From Halanaerobiales bacterium (GTDB lineage: Bacteria > Bacillota > Halanaerobiia > Halanaerobiales > DATFIM01): DNA of 47,282 nucleotides. Of this stretch, positions 38,444 through 47,282 are shown one piece after another. Within the stretch, counting starts at the first letter, position 1, and each line of letters starts with the position of its first letter. Made by a program: the position numbers and the translations under genes. Below the pieces are notes generated by a model that made no database searches, was not told the origin of the DNA, and was given only the letters and a program-made list of their open reading frames with translations. The stretch lies in the NCBI GenBank assembly GCA_035270125.1, contig DATFIM010000139.1:1-47282 (forward strand), written 5' to 3'.

Positions 38444-39805
38444 TTATTCCTCCTCAATTTTTTTAACAATAACTCTACTACCTTTAACTCTTATAACTTT
38501 TACCATTTGATCCTTATCAATATAATCTCCTTCTGTAATTACATCTACTCTCTTCCCATTAATTTCAGCAGTCCCTGCTGGTCTTAAATGAGTAAGAGCT
38601 TTTCCAACTTCACCAATTAATTTCTTTTGATCAGAATGAGAAGTATACCCCCCTTCATTACTTTGACTTTCACCTAAAGAAATGTTTTTCCAGAGCTTAC
38701 TCACCCCAAATAATTTAATCAAAATAAATAACAGAACCATTGAAATAACCAAAACTGCAGCCATCACACCTAAAGCTGTACTTGGATCAGGAAAGAAAAA
38801 ATATAAACTGGCAAAAATTGCTATTAATCCTCCAATTCCTGTAATCCCAAATCCTGGTACAACAAATAACTCAAGAGCCATTAAAATTATACCGACTATA
38901 AAAAGTACTATTAAACCCCAATGAGCATAGCCATTAATCAAATAACCACTAAAAAAAGTAGCTAAACTTAAGAGACCAATAGTTCCTCCAATCCCCCAGC
39001 CAGGAATAATCGCTTCAGAAATAAGAGCTACAAACCCAATGGAAAGTAAAATAACTGAAAAAATAGGTGTTGTAACAATATCAGCAAAAATTTCTCGCAT
39101 TGATCTTTCTAATTTAACTATTTCTATATCTGTAAATTCATATTTATTAATTAAGTCATTATAATCTACAACTGTTGCATTGGCTATATTATTATCCATA
39201 GCTTCTCTTGATGTCAGAGTTAATAACTTATCTTTTTCTATTAACCCCTCAATTTCAATATCCTGATCAACCATTGCTTCAGCAACTTTAGGATTTTTAT
39301 TTCTTAATTCAGCAGTAGCACTAAATTCTTTTCTTAAAGCTGAAATATATTTTTCTTCTTTTGGTCTCGTCTCTGCTGCTCCAATACTACTTCCCTCTTT
39401 CATTACCAATTCATTACCTGATAAAGCTATCAAAGCACCTGCTGACCAGGCTCTTTCTGATACATAAGTCATTGTCGGAATAGTACTTTTTATAATAGCA
39501 TCTTTTATCCTTATAGCACTATCTACTAAGCCACCAAAACTACTAATCTCAAATATTATTAGATCTGCATTACTTGCCTCAGCTTCTTGAATCCCATTCT
39601 CTACAAAAGAAGCCATAGCAGGATCAATATCTGCTTTAATTGGAATATGATATATTAGATTGATATTTCTATCTTTCAAAAAATTTTCTTGAGCGTTAGT
39701 GATATTTGAAAAAATTAATACAAATATTAAAATAAAAAGAGTAAATAAAAAGAAACTTAAAAAATAATTTTTGATATTTTTGCTTTTTATCTTTATTTTT
39801 GACAC
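38444..39805 (-). CDS. nfeD: Membrane-bound ClpP-class serine protease NfeD (YqeZ)
   Basis: Signal peptide, ClpP-like domain (SFGGLVDSA, SAGALIA), multiple TM segments, and a C-terminal NfeD OB domain (GKALTHLRPAGTAEINGKRVDVITEGDYI). The start codon is uncertain because the GTG at 39805 is fused to the SD (GGGAGGTG). Confidence 0.88.
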   Translation of the reverse strand: MSKIKIKSKNIKNYFLSFFLFTLFILIFVLIFSNITNAQENFLKDRNINLIYHIPIKADIDPAMASFVENGIQEAEASNADLIIFEISSFGGLVDSAIRIKDAIIKSTIPTMTYVSERAWSAGALIALSGNELVMKEGSSIGAAETRPKEEKYISALRKEFSATAELRNKNPKVAEAMVDQDIEIEGLIEKDKLLTLTSREAMDNNIANATVVDYNDLINKYEFTDIEIVKLERSMREIFADIVTTPIFSVILLSIGFVALISEAIIPGWGIGGTIGLLSLATFFSGYLINGYAHWGLIVLFIVGIILMALELFVVPGFGITGIGGLIAIFASLYFFFPDPSTALGVMAAVLVISMVLLFILIKLFGVSKLWKNISLGESQSNEGGYTSHSDQKKLIGEVGKALTHLRPAGTAEINGKRVDVITEGDYIDKDQMVKVIRVKGSRVIVKKIEEE

Positions 39806-39921
39806 CTCCCTTAGCAGTTAATTATATTTTCTTAATTTATATTAACTTTTGAATATAATTAATATTTTAAATATATTTCTATATATATTATTCGTTAATT
39901 AAAGAAAAAATCCTTTTTAAT

Positions 39922-39948
39922 AAAAAAAGACAGCCAGTTAAGGCTGTC
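39922..39948 (-). terminator. Intrinsic terminator after gcvPB
   Basis: Minus strand: GACAGCC-TTAACT-GGCTGTC followed by TTTTTTTATT (arms 39929-39935 and 39942-39948). Confidence 0.8.
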
Positions 39949-39973
39949 ATAAAATAATATATATTGTTTTAAA

Positions 39974-41413
39974 TTACCATTTGAGGTCAGGATGACGAGC
40001 CGCCTGAGCTTCATCTAATTTGCGTACTACAGTATTATGTGGGGCATTTTTTACTATTTCAGGATTATTTTCTACCTCTTCTGCAATTTTACCCATTGTA
40101 TTTATAAATCTATTTAAAGTATCTAAATTTTCAGTTTCAGTTGGTTCAATCATTAATGCTTCTTTAACAACAAGTGGGAAATAAATAGTAGGAGCATATT
40201 GACCATAATCTAATAATCGTTTTGCAATATTTTCAGTGCTTGCTCCTTTTTCTTTTTGTTTACTTCCAGATAATACGAATTCATGTAAACTACTTTCATC
40301 ATAAGGAAGTTCAAAATCATCTCTAAGTTTAATTTTCATGTAATTTGCATTTAATACAGCATTTTCTGTAGTCTTTTTTAACCCTTCTTTTCCAAGAGAT
40401 CTTATATAAGAAAATGCTCTTATCATAACACCATAATTACCATGGAAAGCATGAATTTTCCCAATTGATTTAGGCCTATCTCTATCCCAATAAAATTCTC
40501 CCTCATTTTCTTTTAATACTGGAGTAGGTAAAAATGGTTCTAAAAATTCTTTTACACCTACTGGACCGGATCCAGGTCCTCCACCACCATGGGGGGTAGA
40601 AAATGTTTTATGAAGATTAAAATGCATTACATCAAAATCCATATCTCCTGGACGAGCATAACCTAAAACAGCATTCATATTAGCTCCATCATAATAAAGC
40701 AATCCTCCGGCTTCATGAACTATGTCAGCTATTTGGGAAATATCTTTTTCAAAAATTCCCAAAGTATTTGGGTTTGTCAACATTAAAGCTGCAGTATTAT
40801 CATCAACTTCTTCTTTTAAAATATTAACATCAACCATACCTTCTTCATTTGATTCAATTTCTACCACATCAAAACCAGCCATAACAGCACTGGCCGGGTT
40901 TGTACCATGAGCAGAATCAGGAACTATAACTTTCTTTCTATCTTCATTTTTATCTTCAAAATATTTTCTAATAATTAATAAACCAGTTAATTCACCATGA
41001 GCACCAGACGCAGGTTGTAATGTCACATTATCCATTCCACTTATTTCTGCCAAATAATCTTTTAAATTAAATAATATATCTAAAGACCCCTGAACATCTT
41101 GTTCAGATTGATAGGGATGGAGTTGGGTTAATTTACTTAATCTTGCAATATCTTCATTTATTTTCGGATTATATTTCATTGTACAGGATCCTAACGGATA
41201 AATACCTGAATCTACACCATAGTTCATTTCAGACAAACTAGTATAATGTCTTACTACATCAACTTCACTAACTTCTGGCAAATCCGGTGCTTCATTACGT
41301 AAATAATCATCATTTATTATGTCATCAACTTCTTTTTCCGGAATATCAAGTTCTGGAAGTGTATATCCTGTTCTTCCTTCACTATTATAATCTTTAATGA
41401 GAGGTTCTTTCAT
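39974..41413 (-). CDS. gcvPB: Glycine dehydrogenase (decarboxylating) subunit 2
   Basis: PLP-lysine region [16 protein letters not shown]. About 479 aa. Overlaps the gcvPA 3' end by 20 nt. Confidence 0.95.
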   Translation of the reverse strand: MKEPLIKDYNSEGRTGYTLPELDIPEKEVDDIINDDYLRNEAPDLPEVSEVDVVRHYTSLSEMNYGVDSGIYPLGSCTMKYNPKINEDIARLSKLTQLHPYQSEQDVQGSLDILFNLKDYLAEISGMDNVTLQPASGAHGELTGLLIIRKYFEDKNEDRKKVIVPDSAHGTNPASAVMAGFDVVEIESNEEGMVDVNILKEEVDDNTAALMLTNPNTLGIFEKDISQIADIVHEAGGLLYYDGANMNAVLGYARPGDMDFDVMHFNLHKTFSTPHGGGGPGSGPVGVKEFLEPFLPTPVLKENEGEFYWDRDRPKSIGKIHAFHGNYGVMIRAFSYIRSLGKEGLKKTTENAVLNANYMKIKLRDDFELPYDESSLHEFVLSGSKQKEKGASTENIAKRLLDYGQYAPTIYFPLVVKEALMIEPTETENLDTLNRFINTMGKIAEEVENNPEIVKNAPHNTVVRKLDEAQAARHPDLKW

Positions 41414-42752
41414 CTGTTAGCACCTCCAGTTTATTCACAAATTCATTCATTTCTTCTTTTTTTCTTTTTTCAGTAACACAAATAAGTAATCCTTCTTCTT
41501 CATCAAATCTTTCTAAATTCACTCCTGCTAAAATATCTTCTTTATATAATTCTTCTTTTATTTTAGCTATATTTAAATCTGATTTTACCCAAAATTCATG
41601 GAAAAAGTTATTTTTATTAACAACTTCAAAACCATCAATATTATCAATTTTTTCTGCAAAATAATGTGCTTTTTGAGTAGATTGATATCCAACTTCTTTG
41701 ATACCTTTTTTACCCATAGTAGACATATAAATAGCAGAAACTAAAGCATTTAAAGATTCATTACTACATATATTAGAAGGTGCCTTTTCTCTACGTATGT
41801 GTTGTTCTCTGGTTTGCAATGTCAAAACAAAGCCTTTATTTCCCTCTTTATCTTCAGTAGCACCTGCCAATCTTCCTGGTAATTGTCTTAAATGTTTTCT
41901 ATTATCACGGATTGCCATATATCCAAGATAAGGACCACCATAATTAATAGTATTTCCTAAGCTTTGGCCTTCGCCTACAACAATATCTACTCCAAATTCA
42001 CCTGGAGCTTCAAGCATACCTAAAGTTATAGGATTAGCCGCAACTATAAATAATGCTTTTTTATCTTCTAATAATTTTCCTATTTCTTTTAAATCTTCGA
42101 TAGTACCATAAAAATTAGGATATTGAATAACCACAGCTGCTGTTTCATCATCTAAATTTTCTTTTATTGTTTCTAGATCAGTTTCAGAATTATTCAATTC
42201 AACATTTTTAAGATTAACAGATTTAGGTTCTGTATATGTTTTTGTAACTTTACGATAAGAAGGATGTACTCCCTTAGAAACAAGTACTTTATTTTTACGA
42301 GTAATTCTAGCTGACATAAGAACTGCTTCAGCTAAAGCAGAACCTCCATCTAACATTGAAGCATTAGCAATGTCCATACCTGTTAATTCAGCAATCATAC
42401 TCTGATACTCATAAATAGCTTCAAGAGTTCCCTGGCTTAATTCTGCCTGATAAGGTGTATAAGCAGTGTAAAACTCTGATCTTGAAACTATATGATCAAC
42501 TATACTTGGTATATAATGATCATAAGCACCTGCTCCTAAAAATGATGTTTTTTCTTCCAAATTAATATTTTTATCAGCTTTTTCTTTTACTAAATCTAAT
42601 AATTCTAATTCAGATATTCCGGAAGGCAAATTAAATTCTCTATTAAATCTTACTTCTTCCGGTACTGCTGAAAAGAGTTCTTCAATATTCTCTACTCCAA
42701 TTTTATTTAACATTTGTTTTCTTTCTTGAGGAGTATTGGAAATATAATCCAT
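41394..42752 (-). CDS. gcvPA: Glycine dehydrogenase (decarboxylating) subunit 1
   Basis: [20 protein letters not shown] motif typical of P-protein subunit 1. About 452 aa. Confidence 0.95.
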   Translation of the reverse strand: MDYISNTPQERKQMLNKIGVENIEELFSAVPEEVRFNREFNLPSGISELELLDLVKEKADKNINLEEKTSFLGAGAYDHYIPSIVDHIVSRSEFYTAYTPYQAELSQGTLEAIYEYQSMIAELTGMDIANASMLDGGSALAEAVLMSARITRKNKVLVSKGVHPSYRKVTKTYTEPKSVNLKNVELNNSETDLETIKENLDDETAAVVIQYPNFYGTIEDLKEIGKLLEDKKALFIVAANPITLGMLEAPGEFGVDIVVGEGQSLGNTINYGGPYLGYMAIRDNRKHLRQLPGRLAGATEDKEGNKGFVLTLQTREQHIRREKAPSNICSNESLNALVSAIYMSTMGKKGIKEVGYQSTQKAHYFAEKIDNIDGFEVVNKNNFFHEFWVKSDLNIAKIKEELYKEDILAGVNLERFDEEEGLLICVTEKRKKEEMNEFVNKLEVLTDERTSH

Positions 42753-42781
42753 TTATTTTCCCTCCCTGACTAATTTAATTT

Positions 42782-43165
42782 CTATTCATTTTCTACATAA
42801 TCTTCATATTCTTCGTTATCCATTAGATCATTTAACTCTTCTTCATCATCAAATTCTATTTCTACTAACCAACCATCTCCATAAGGATCTTCATTAATTA
42901 ATTCAGGATTATCTAATAAATCTTCATTTACTTCAACAATTCTTCCAGTTAAAGGCATGTATACATCGGAAACAGTCTTAACTGACTCAATCACAATAAA
43001 CTGCTCATCTTTGTCAAATTCATCACCATTGTCAGGTAATTCAACAAAAACAACATCTCCTAATTCACTTTGAGCAAAATCACTAATTCCAACTACAGCA
43101 GTATCTCCGTCAACACTAACCCATTCATGATTTTCAGCATAATATAAATCTTTTGGTATTTTCAT
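42782..43165 (-). CDS. gcvH: Glycine cleavage system H protein
   Basis: Lipoyl-lysine motif ESVKTVSDVY. ATG at 43165 (MKIPKDLYY) has a GGGAGGA SD 6 nt upstream. Confidence 0.95.
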   Translation of the reverse strand: MKIPKDLYYAENHEWVSVDGDTAVVGISDFAQSELGDVVFVELPDNGDEFDKDEQFIVIESVKTVSDVYMPLTGRIVEVNEDLLDNPELINEDPYGDGWLVEIEFDDEEELNDLMDNEEYEDYVENE

Positions 43166-43272
43166 TTTTATTCCTCCCATATTTTTTAATTTTTTTACTT
43201 GTCATAATTTTAAATAAATATCATTTTTAATTTTCTTCAATTTTCATTTTTCATCATTTGAAACATTCATTG

Positions 43273-44346
43273 TTAAATAAAAGGTGTTTTTACTATTTTT
43301 GCTTTTACTTTTCTATTTCTAATCATAATATCAATTTCGTTACCTATCTCTGCCTCTTCAACATTTACATAACCTAATCCAATATTTTCATCTAAACTCG
43401 GAGAAAAACTTCCACTTGTAACTCGACCAATTTTTTTCTCATCTTTTGTTATATCATAACCATGACGAGGAATTCCACGTCCAACCAATTTAAATCCAAT
43501 TAATTTCTTGTCAATCCCTTTGTTTTTAACTTCCAATATTTTTTCTTTACCAATAAAATCATCTTTATCCAGATCAATTGCAAATCCTAGACCAGCTTCA
43601 AGAGGATTGGTATTTTCATCAATATCATTTCCATAAAGACATAATTTTTTTTCAAGGCGGAGAGTATTACGAGCTCCTAAGCCAGCTGGTTTTAATTTAA
43701 AATCATCACCAACATCCATAATTGCATTCCAGAGGTCTTCAACATCTTCAGAATCACAATATAATTCATAACCTTTTTCACCAGTATAACCTGTTCTCGA
43801 AATTAAAGTTTTTATTCCGCCAACTTTATCATCAGCAAATCTAAAATACTTAATATTAGATAAATCTATATCTGTGATTTTCTCTAAAATTTCTTCAGAT
43901 TTAGGACCCTGCAAAGCTAATAATCCGTAATCTTCAGACAAGTTTTCTGCAGAAACTTCTCCCTTTAAATTTTCTTTAATCCAATTATAATCTTTTTCAA
44001 TATTCGAAGCATTTACTATTAATAAGTATTCTTTTTCAGCAATTCTATAAACTAAAAAATCATCTTTTATACCACCATCTGAATTACACATTACGGTGTA
44101 AGTAGCCTGTCCAATATTTAATTTTTCAATATTATTTGATAATATTTTTTGAAGATTGGCGAGAGCATCTTTTCCACTAACCTTTACCTCACCCATATGT
44201 GATACATCAAATAATCCAGCTGATTGACGAACTGCTTTATGCTCTTTAATTATACTACTATAATGGACCGGCATTTCCCATCCACCAAAATCAATCATTT
44301 TAGCTCCTAAATTTTTATGTTTATTATTTAATGGAGTTTTCTTAAT
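43273..44346 (-). CDS. gcvT: Glycine cleavage system aminomethyltransferase T
   Basis: KKTPLNNKH...IDFGGWEMPVHYSS...GLFDVSHMGE. The start is uncertain. The track GTG at 44355 shares a base with the AGGAGG SD. The in-frame ATT at 44346 sits 8 nt after the GGAGG core, giving (M)KKTPL. Confidence 0.93.
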   Translation of the reverse strand: MKKTPLNNKHKNLGAKMIDFGGWEMPVHYSSIIKEHKAVRQSAGLFDVSHMGEVKVSGKDALANLQKILSNNIEKLNIGQATYTVMCNSDGGIKDDFLVYRIAEKEYLLIVNASNIEKDYNWIKENLKGEVSAENLSEDYGLLALQGPKSEEILEKITDIDLSNIKYFRFADDKVGGIKTLISRTGYTGEKGYELYCDSEDVEDLWNAIMDVGDDFKLKPAGLGARNTLRLEKKLCLYGNDIDENTNPLEAGLGFAIDLDKDDFIGKEKILEVKNKGIDKKLIGFKLVGRGIPRHGYDITKDEKKIGRVTSGSFSPSLDENIGLGYVNVEEAEIGNEIDIMIRNRKVKAKIVKTPFI

Positions 44347-44400
44347 ATTAGCCACCTCCTAATTTGAATTTAAGAAATATTTTAACCTAAAATACTTAAT

Positions 44401-44442
44401 AAAATAACAAAAAGGAAGCAAAAGTATTAACTTTTTGCTTCC
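44401..44442 (-). terminator. Riboswitch-controlled intrinsic terminator (expression platform)
   Basis: Minus strand: GGAAGCAAAA-AGTTAATAC-TTTTGCTTCC followed by TTTTTGTTATTTT (arms 44433-44442 and 44414-44423). Confidence 0.8.
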
Positions 44443-44556
44443 TCTGTCCTCTCTAGTTCAGAGTCACGTCCACCCAGATTGCGTCTGCCTGAGAGTTTCA
44501 GCAATTTATGCCTTGCTCCTTCGGCGGCCATTTATTGGCCTCTCACCTGAGCTTCA
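44442..44556 (-). promoter_or_regulatory. Glycine riboswitch (one complete aptamer plus a vestigial second aptamer)
   Basis: Minus strand: CTCAGGTGAGAG-GCCAATAAATGGCC-GCCGAAGGAGCAAGG...AAACTCTCAGGCAGAC. This matches the glycine aptamer core (GGAGAG / CCGAAGGAGCAA / CUCUCAGGCA..GAC). It sits upstream of gcvT, the classic context. Confidence 0.85.
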
Positions 44557-44583
44557 CCCGTCACTATGTTATTTTATATTTAC

Positions 44584-44612
44584 ATTATACAATATAAATA
44601 TAATTTTGTAAA
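44584..44612 (-). promoter_or_regulatory. Sigma-A promoter for the riboswitch-gcvTHP operon
   Basis: Minus strand: TTTACA (44612-44607), 17 nt spacer, TGTATAAT extended -10 (TATAAT at 44589-44584). Confidence 0.65.
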
Positions 44613-44622
44613 GAAATAAATA

Positions 44623-44967
44623 TTAACCAGGAGGCCATTGTAATTGTCTACCACCTAATAAATGAAAATGAACATGAAAAACGGTTTGTCCACCATCTTC
44701 ATTACAATTACTTACAATCCTATATCCATCCTGGGCAATACCATTTTTTTCAGCAAGAGCAGCAGCGACCTGATAAATATGTCCAATTAATTCCTTATCT
44801 GTCATTTTTAAATTATTTAGAGTTGAAATATGCTTTTTAGGAACTATTAACATATGAACAGGAGCTTTGGGATTTATATCTTCAAAAGCAACAACTTTTT
44901 CATCTTCATAAATCAATTCTGTGTCAGTTTTACCAGAAGAGATTTTACAAAAAAGACAATCACTCAT
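44623..44967 (-). CDS. HIT family (histidine triad) nucleotide hydrolase
   Basis: Histidine triad HVHFHLLGG and N-terminal CLFCKI. 114 aa. Confidence 0.92.
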   Translation of the reverse strand: MSDCLFCKISSGKTDTELIYEDEKVVAFEDINPKAPVHMLIVPKKHISTLNNLKMTDKELIGHIYQVAAALAEKNGIAQDGYRIVSNCNEDGGQTVFHVHFHLLGGRQLQWPPG

Positions 44968-44984
44968 TTTATCCCCCCTTTCAA

Positions 44985-46301
44985 CTATATAATTTTTGCT
45001 ACCACTTTATTATAATTATAGCTTTCTAATAATTTTACTTCTTTTAAACTATTTTTCAATTTATCTTTATCATCAATTAAAACATGTAAATAATTATCTG
45101 TGACTCCAGTTAGCATATCTGTTTTTGTATCTCTTTTTTCTTCAATGACAACATTTCTTTTCTTATTTAAAAATTTATTTTGATATTTTTTCATTAATGT
45201 TTTATTTAATTTTATTAATTTATTGCTTCTTCTTTTTTTAATTTGGTCTGGAATCTTAGGTTCCATTTCTGCTGCAGGAGTACCTCGGCGAGGTGAAAAT
45301 GGGAAAATATGAAGTCTGCTAAAATTCATATCTTTAATAAACTTATATGTTCTTTCAAAATCTTTATCAGATTCACCAGGAAATCCAACAATAACATCAG
45401 TGGAAATAGCAATTTCTGGTATTTCTTTTCTTATATCATTAATAACATTAGCAAATTCATCTATTTTATATGGTCTGTTCATAGCTCTTAAAATCGCATT
45501 ACTACCATTTTGTAGAGGAATATGCAAATGACTACAAAGTTTATCATTCTCTTTTATTAGCTGTATTAATTTTTTATCAATTTCTGTCACTTCTAAAGAA
45601 CTCAATCTTATTCTAAAATTTCCATCAATATCTATAATTTTTTCTACTAATTCACTTAATTTATTGTTTTTATTATTATCCAAACCATATTTTCCTAAAT
45701 GAGTTCCAGTTAAAACTATTTCTTTAACTCCATTTTTTACTAACTCTTTAATTTCCTGTAAAATTGAACCTAATTCTCTGCTTTTAATTGGTCCTCTGGC
45801 ATAGGGAATTATACAATAACTACAAAATTGATCACAACCATCTTCTATTTTTACATTGGCTCTTGTCATCTCATTTACTTCATTTAAATGCATATCTTCA
45901 AAATTTCTAATATATTTAAAATCCTTTATATTGTTTAAATATAGTTCATTATCATTTTTTTCGCCTTTTTCTTCCAGTAACTCAACAATATTTTTTTTAC
46001 CTTCACTACCAATTATATAATCAACTTCTTCTATTTCCTCTACTTCTTCAGTAAAAGCCTGAGGATAACATCCTACCATTACAACTTTGGAAGCAGGGTT
46101 TCTTCTTTTAGCTCTTCTAACTCTTTTTCGAGATTTACTTGCAGCCTGATTGGTAACTGTACAACTATTTATTATATAGTAATCAGCTTTTTCTTGAAAA
46201 TTAACAATTTTATAACCTGCATTTTTAAATAAATCTATCATACCCTCAGTTTCATATTGGTTCACCTTACATCCCAAAGTATAAAAAGCTACTTTTTTCA
46301 C
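44985..46301 (-). CDS. mtaB: tRNA threonylcarbamoyladenosine methylthiotransferase MtaB (YqeV)
   Basis: UPF0004 N-domain YTLGCKVNQYE, radical-SAM CDQFCSYC, and a C-terminal TRAM-like region. GTG start has GGAGGA 7 nt upstream. It follows rsmE, as in B. subtilis yqeU-yqeV. Confidence 0.88.
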   Translation of the reverse strand: MKKVAFYTLGCKVNQYETEGMIDLFKNAGYKIVNFQEKADYYIINSCTVTNQAASKSRKRVRRAKRRNPASKVVMVGCYPQAFTEEVEEIEEVDYIIGSEGKKNIVELLEEKGEKNDNELYLNNIKDFKYIRNFEDMHLNEVNEMTRANVKIEDGCDQFCSYCIIPYARGPIKSRELGSILQEIKELVKNGVKEIVLTGTHLGKYGLDNNKNNKLSELVEKIIDIDGNFRIRLSSLEVTEIDKKLIQLIKENDKLCSHLHIPLQNGSNAILRAMNRPYKIDEFANVINDIRKEIPEIAISTDVIVGFPGESDKDFERTYKFIKDMNFSRLHIFPFSPRRGTPAAEMEPKIPDQIKKRRSNKLIKLNKTLMKKYQNKFLNKKRNVVIEEKRDTKTDMLTGVTDNYLHVLIDDKDKLKNSLKEVKLLESYNYNKVVAKII

Positions 46302-46304
46302 TAT

Positions 46305-47066
46305 CTATCCTCCTAAATCTCCCAATTCATATAATATTATTGATAATCCTACAATCGGAGCAGTTTCAGTTCTTAAAATCCTAGAACCTAAAGTTACAGA
46401 CTGAGCCCTTAATTCATTTTCCATAATTTCAATCTCTTTTTTAGAGAATCCGCCTTCCGGGCCTATTATTAAAAGAATATTTTTATCTTTTCTACTATTA
46501 ATATCTGATAATATCTCAGAAAGTATTTTTCGTTTTTCTGAAGCCCAGAGAACAATAACCAGATCATAATTATTTTTTAGGTTTTTTAATTCTTTTATTG
46601 AAAAAATCTTTTCAATTTTTGGAATAATACCACGTTGTGACTGTTTTGCTGCTTCTTCTGCTATTCTTTGCCAGCGGCCAATTCGCTTTTTTTCTTTTTT
46701 TCCTTTTAATTTTACAACTGTTCTTTTTGTTTTTAAAGGAATGATTTTTTTTACACCAATTTCAGTAGTTTTTTGTACTACCAGTTCCATATTTCTTTTT
46801 TTAGGAATAGCCTGGGCAACAGTAATAGTATGATCAGGTTCACCTTTGCTTTTTTCTTGGTTTATAATATTCCCTATCACTTTCTCAGATGTAAATTCAT
46901 CAAGTTCAACAATTAAATCATAACCATCACCTGTACATGCAACAATTTTATCACCAGATTCAAGTCTTAAGGCTTTTGAAATATGTTTATAATCTTTACC
47001 AGTAATTGAAACTTTATTATTTTTAACATCACTTTGATTTATAAAAAATCTATGCAAAAACATCAT
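46305..47066 (-). CDS. rsmE: 16S rRNA (uracil1498-N3)-methyltransferase RsmE (YqeU)
   Basis: HRFFI N-terminus and C-terminal GPEGGFSKKEIE...LGSRILRTETA SPOUT knot motif. The start is ambiguous among ATG 47066, ATG 47063 and TTG 47057; the TTG has the best SD spacing. Confidence 0.9.
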   Translation of the reverse strand: MMFLHRFFINQSDVKNNKVSITGKDYKHISKALRLESGDKIVACTGDGYDLIVELDEFTSEKVIGNIINQEKSKGEPDHTITVAQAIPKKRNMELVVQKTTEIGVKKIIPLKTKRTVVKLKGKKEKKRIGRWQRIAEEAAKQSQRGIIPKIEKIFSIKELKNLKNNYDLVIVLWASEKRKILSEILSDINSRKDKNILLIIGPEGGFSKKEIEIMENELRAQSVTLGSRILRTETAPIVGLSIILYELGDLGG

Positions 47067-47107
47067 CCTTTCTTAATCATACTCTACCAATTTAATCTTT
47101 ATTATAT

Positions 47108-47135
47108 TTTATAATTAATAGTAAAACTTTGTCAA
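47108..47135 (-). promoter_or_regulatory. Sigma-A type promoter for rsmE-mtaB-HIT
   Basis: Minus strand: TTGACA (47135-47130), 16 nt spacer, TATAAA (47113-47108). It lies just downstream of the dnaJ terminator. Confidence 0.45.
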
Positions 47136-47156
47136 TCAATAAAAAGAATTATTTAT

Positions 47157-47183
47157 AAAAAAATATACCCCACCGAAGTGGGG
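47157..47183 (-). terminator. Intrinsic terminator after dnaJ
   Basis: Minus strand: CCCCAC-TTCG-GTGGGG followed by TATATTTTTTT (arms 47168-47173 and 47178-47183). Confidence 0.8.
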
Positions 47184-47204
47184 ATTTAAATTAATTATTA
47201 GTTT

Positions 47205-47282
47205 TTAACCAAATGCATCTCTTACTTTTCTAAAAAAACCTTTTTTTTCCGGGTTTATTTCATCACCACTTAATTCAGCAAA
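47205..47282 (-). CDS. dnaJ: Molecular chaperone DnaJ, C-terminal fragment (gene enters from right edge)
   Basis: Own translation of the minus strand: ...FAELSGDEINPEKKGFFRKVRDAFG-stop (TAA at 47207-47205). The KKGFF.KV...F tail is typical of DnaJ C-termini. Its position upstream of rsmE fits the dnaJ-(prmA)-yqeU order. Confidence 0.6.
   Translation of the reverse strand, partial: FAELSGDEINPEKKGFFRKVRDAFG

Noticed and set aside
44442-44580. A second complete glycine aptamer (tandem arrangement).
   Set aside because: Only one CCGAAGG/GCAA core is present between the promoter and the terminator. The downstream CTCTG...GAGAG..GA CAGAG element lacks the ligand-binding core.

Overview
Visibly AT-rich chromosomal window of Firmicutes type (GC not computed). 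It is almost wall-to-wall housekeeping genes on the minus strand; the only plus-strand gene is a sigma-54 activator. Read right to left, the gene order follows the Bacillus subtilis dnaJ / yqe-yqf / dnaG-sigA region and then the ruvAB-queA-tgt-yajC block: dnaJ(3' end)-rsmE-mtaB-HIT | glycine riboswitch-gcvT-gcvH-gcvPA-gcvPB | nfeD-floA-yqfB-like | ppsA-ccpN-glpX-hydrolase | sigma-54 activator <> atoE-atoD-thiolase-atoA | phoH-pgpH-ybeY-corC-DUF3048-cdd-era-deoC-recO-DUF4342-like | glyQ-glyS-yqfL-dgt-like-dnaG-sigA | nif3 | rnpB | two small unknown ORFs | yebC | ruvC-ruvA-ruvB-queA-tgt | yajC | lepB(5' end). I recognise two structured RNAs: RNase P RNA, and a glycine riboswitch that appears to have a single aptamer. 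Several intrinsic terminators and sigma-A-like promoters are also readable. There is a good -24/-12 sigma-54 promoter with palindromic upstream sites in the ato/activator divergent region. Many longest-ORF starts in the supplied track are GTG/TTG codons embedded in the Shine-Dalgarno sequence, so I re-called those starts. I found no transposase, integrase, CRISPR array, phage gene or recognisable defence gene, and no compelling evidence for a wholly new multi-gene system. The most second-look-worthy items are: (i) a self-contained, translationally coupled pair of unrecognisable small ORFs with repeated upstream motifs beside rnpB; (ii) the sigma-54 / CBS-PAS-PAS activator / ato regulon; (iii) the ppsA-ccpN-glpX gluconeogenic cluster with repeated candidate operators; (iv) the singlet-plus-ghost glycine riboswitch. 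All homology statements come from reading motifs by eye, not from database searches.
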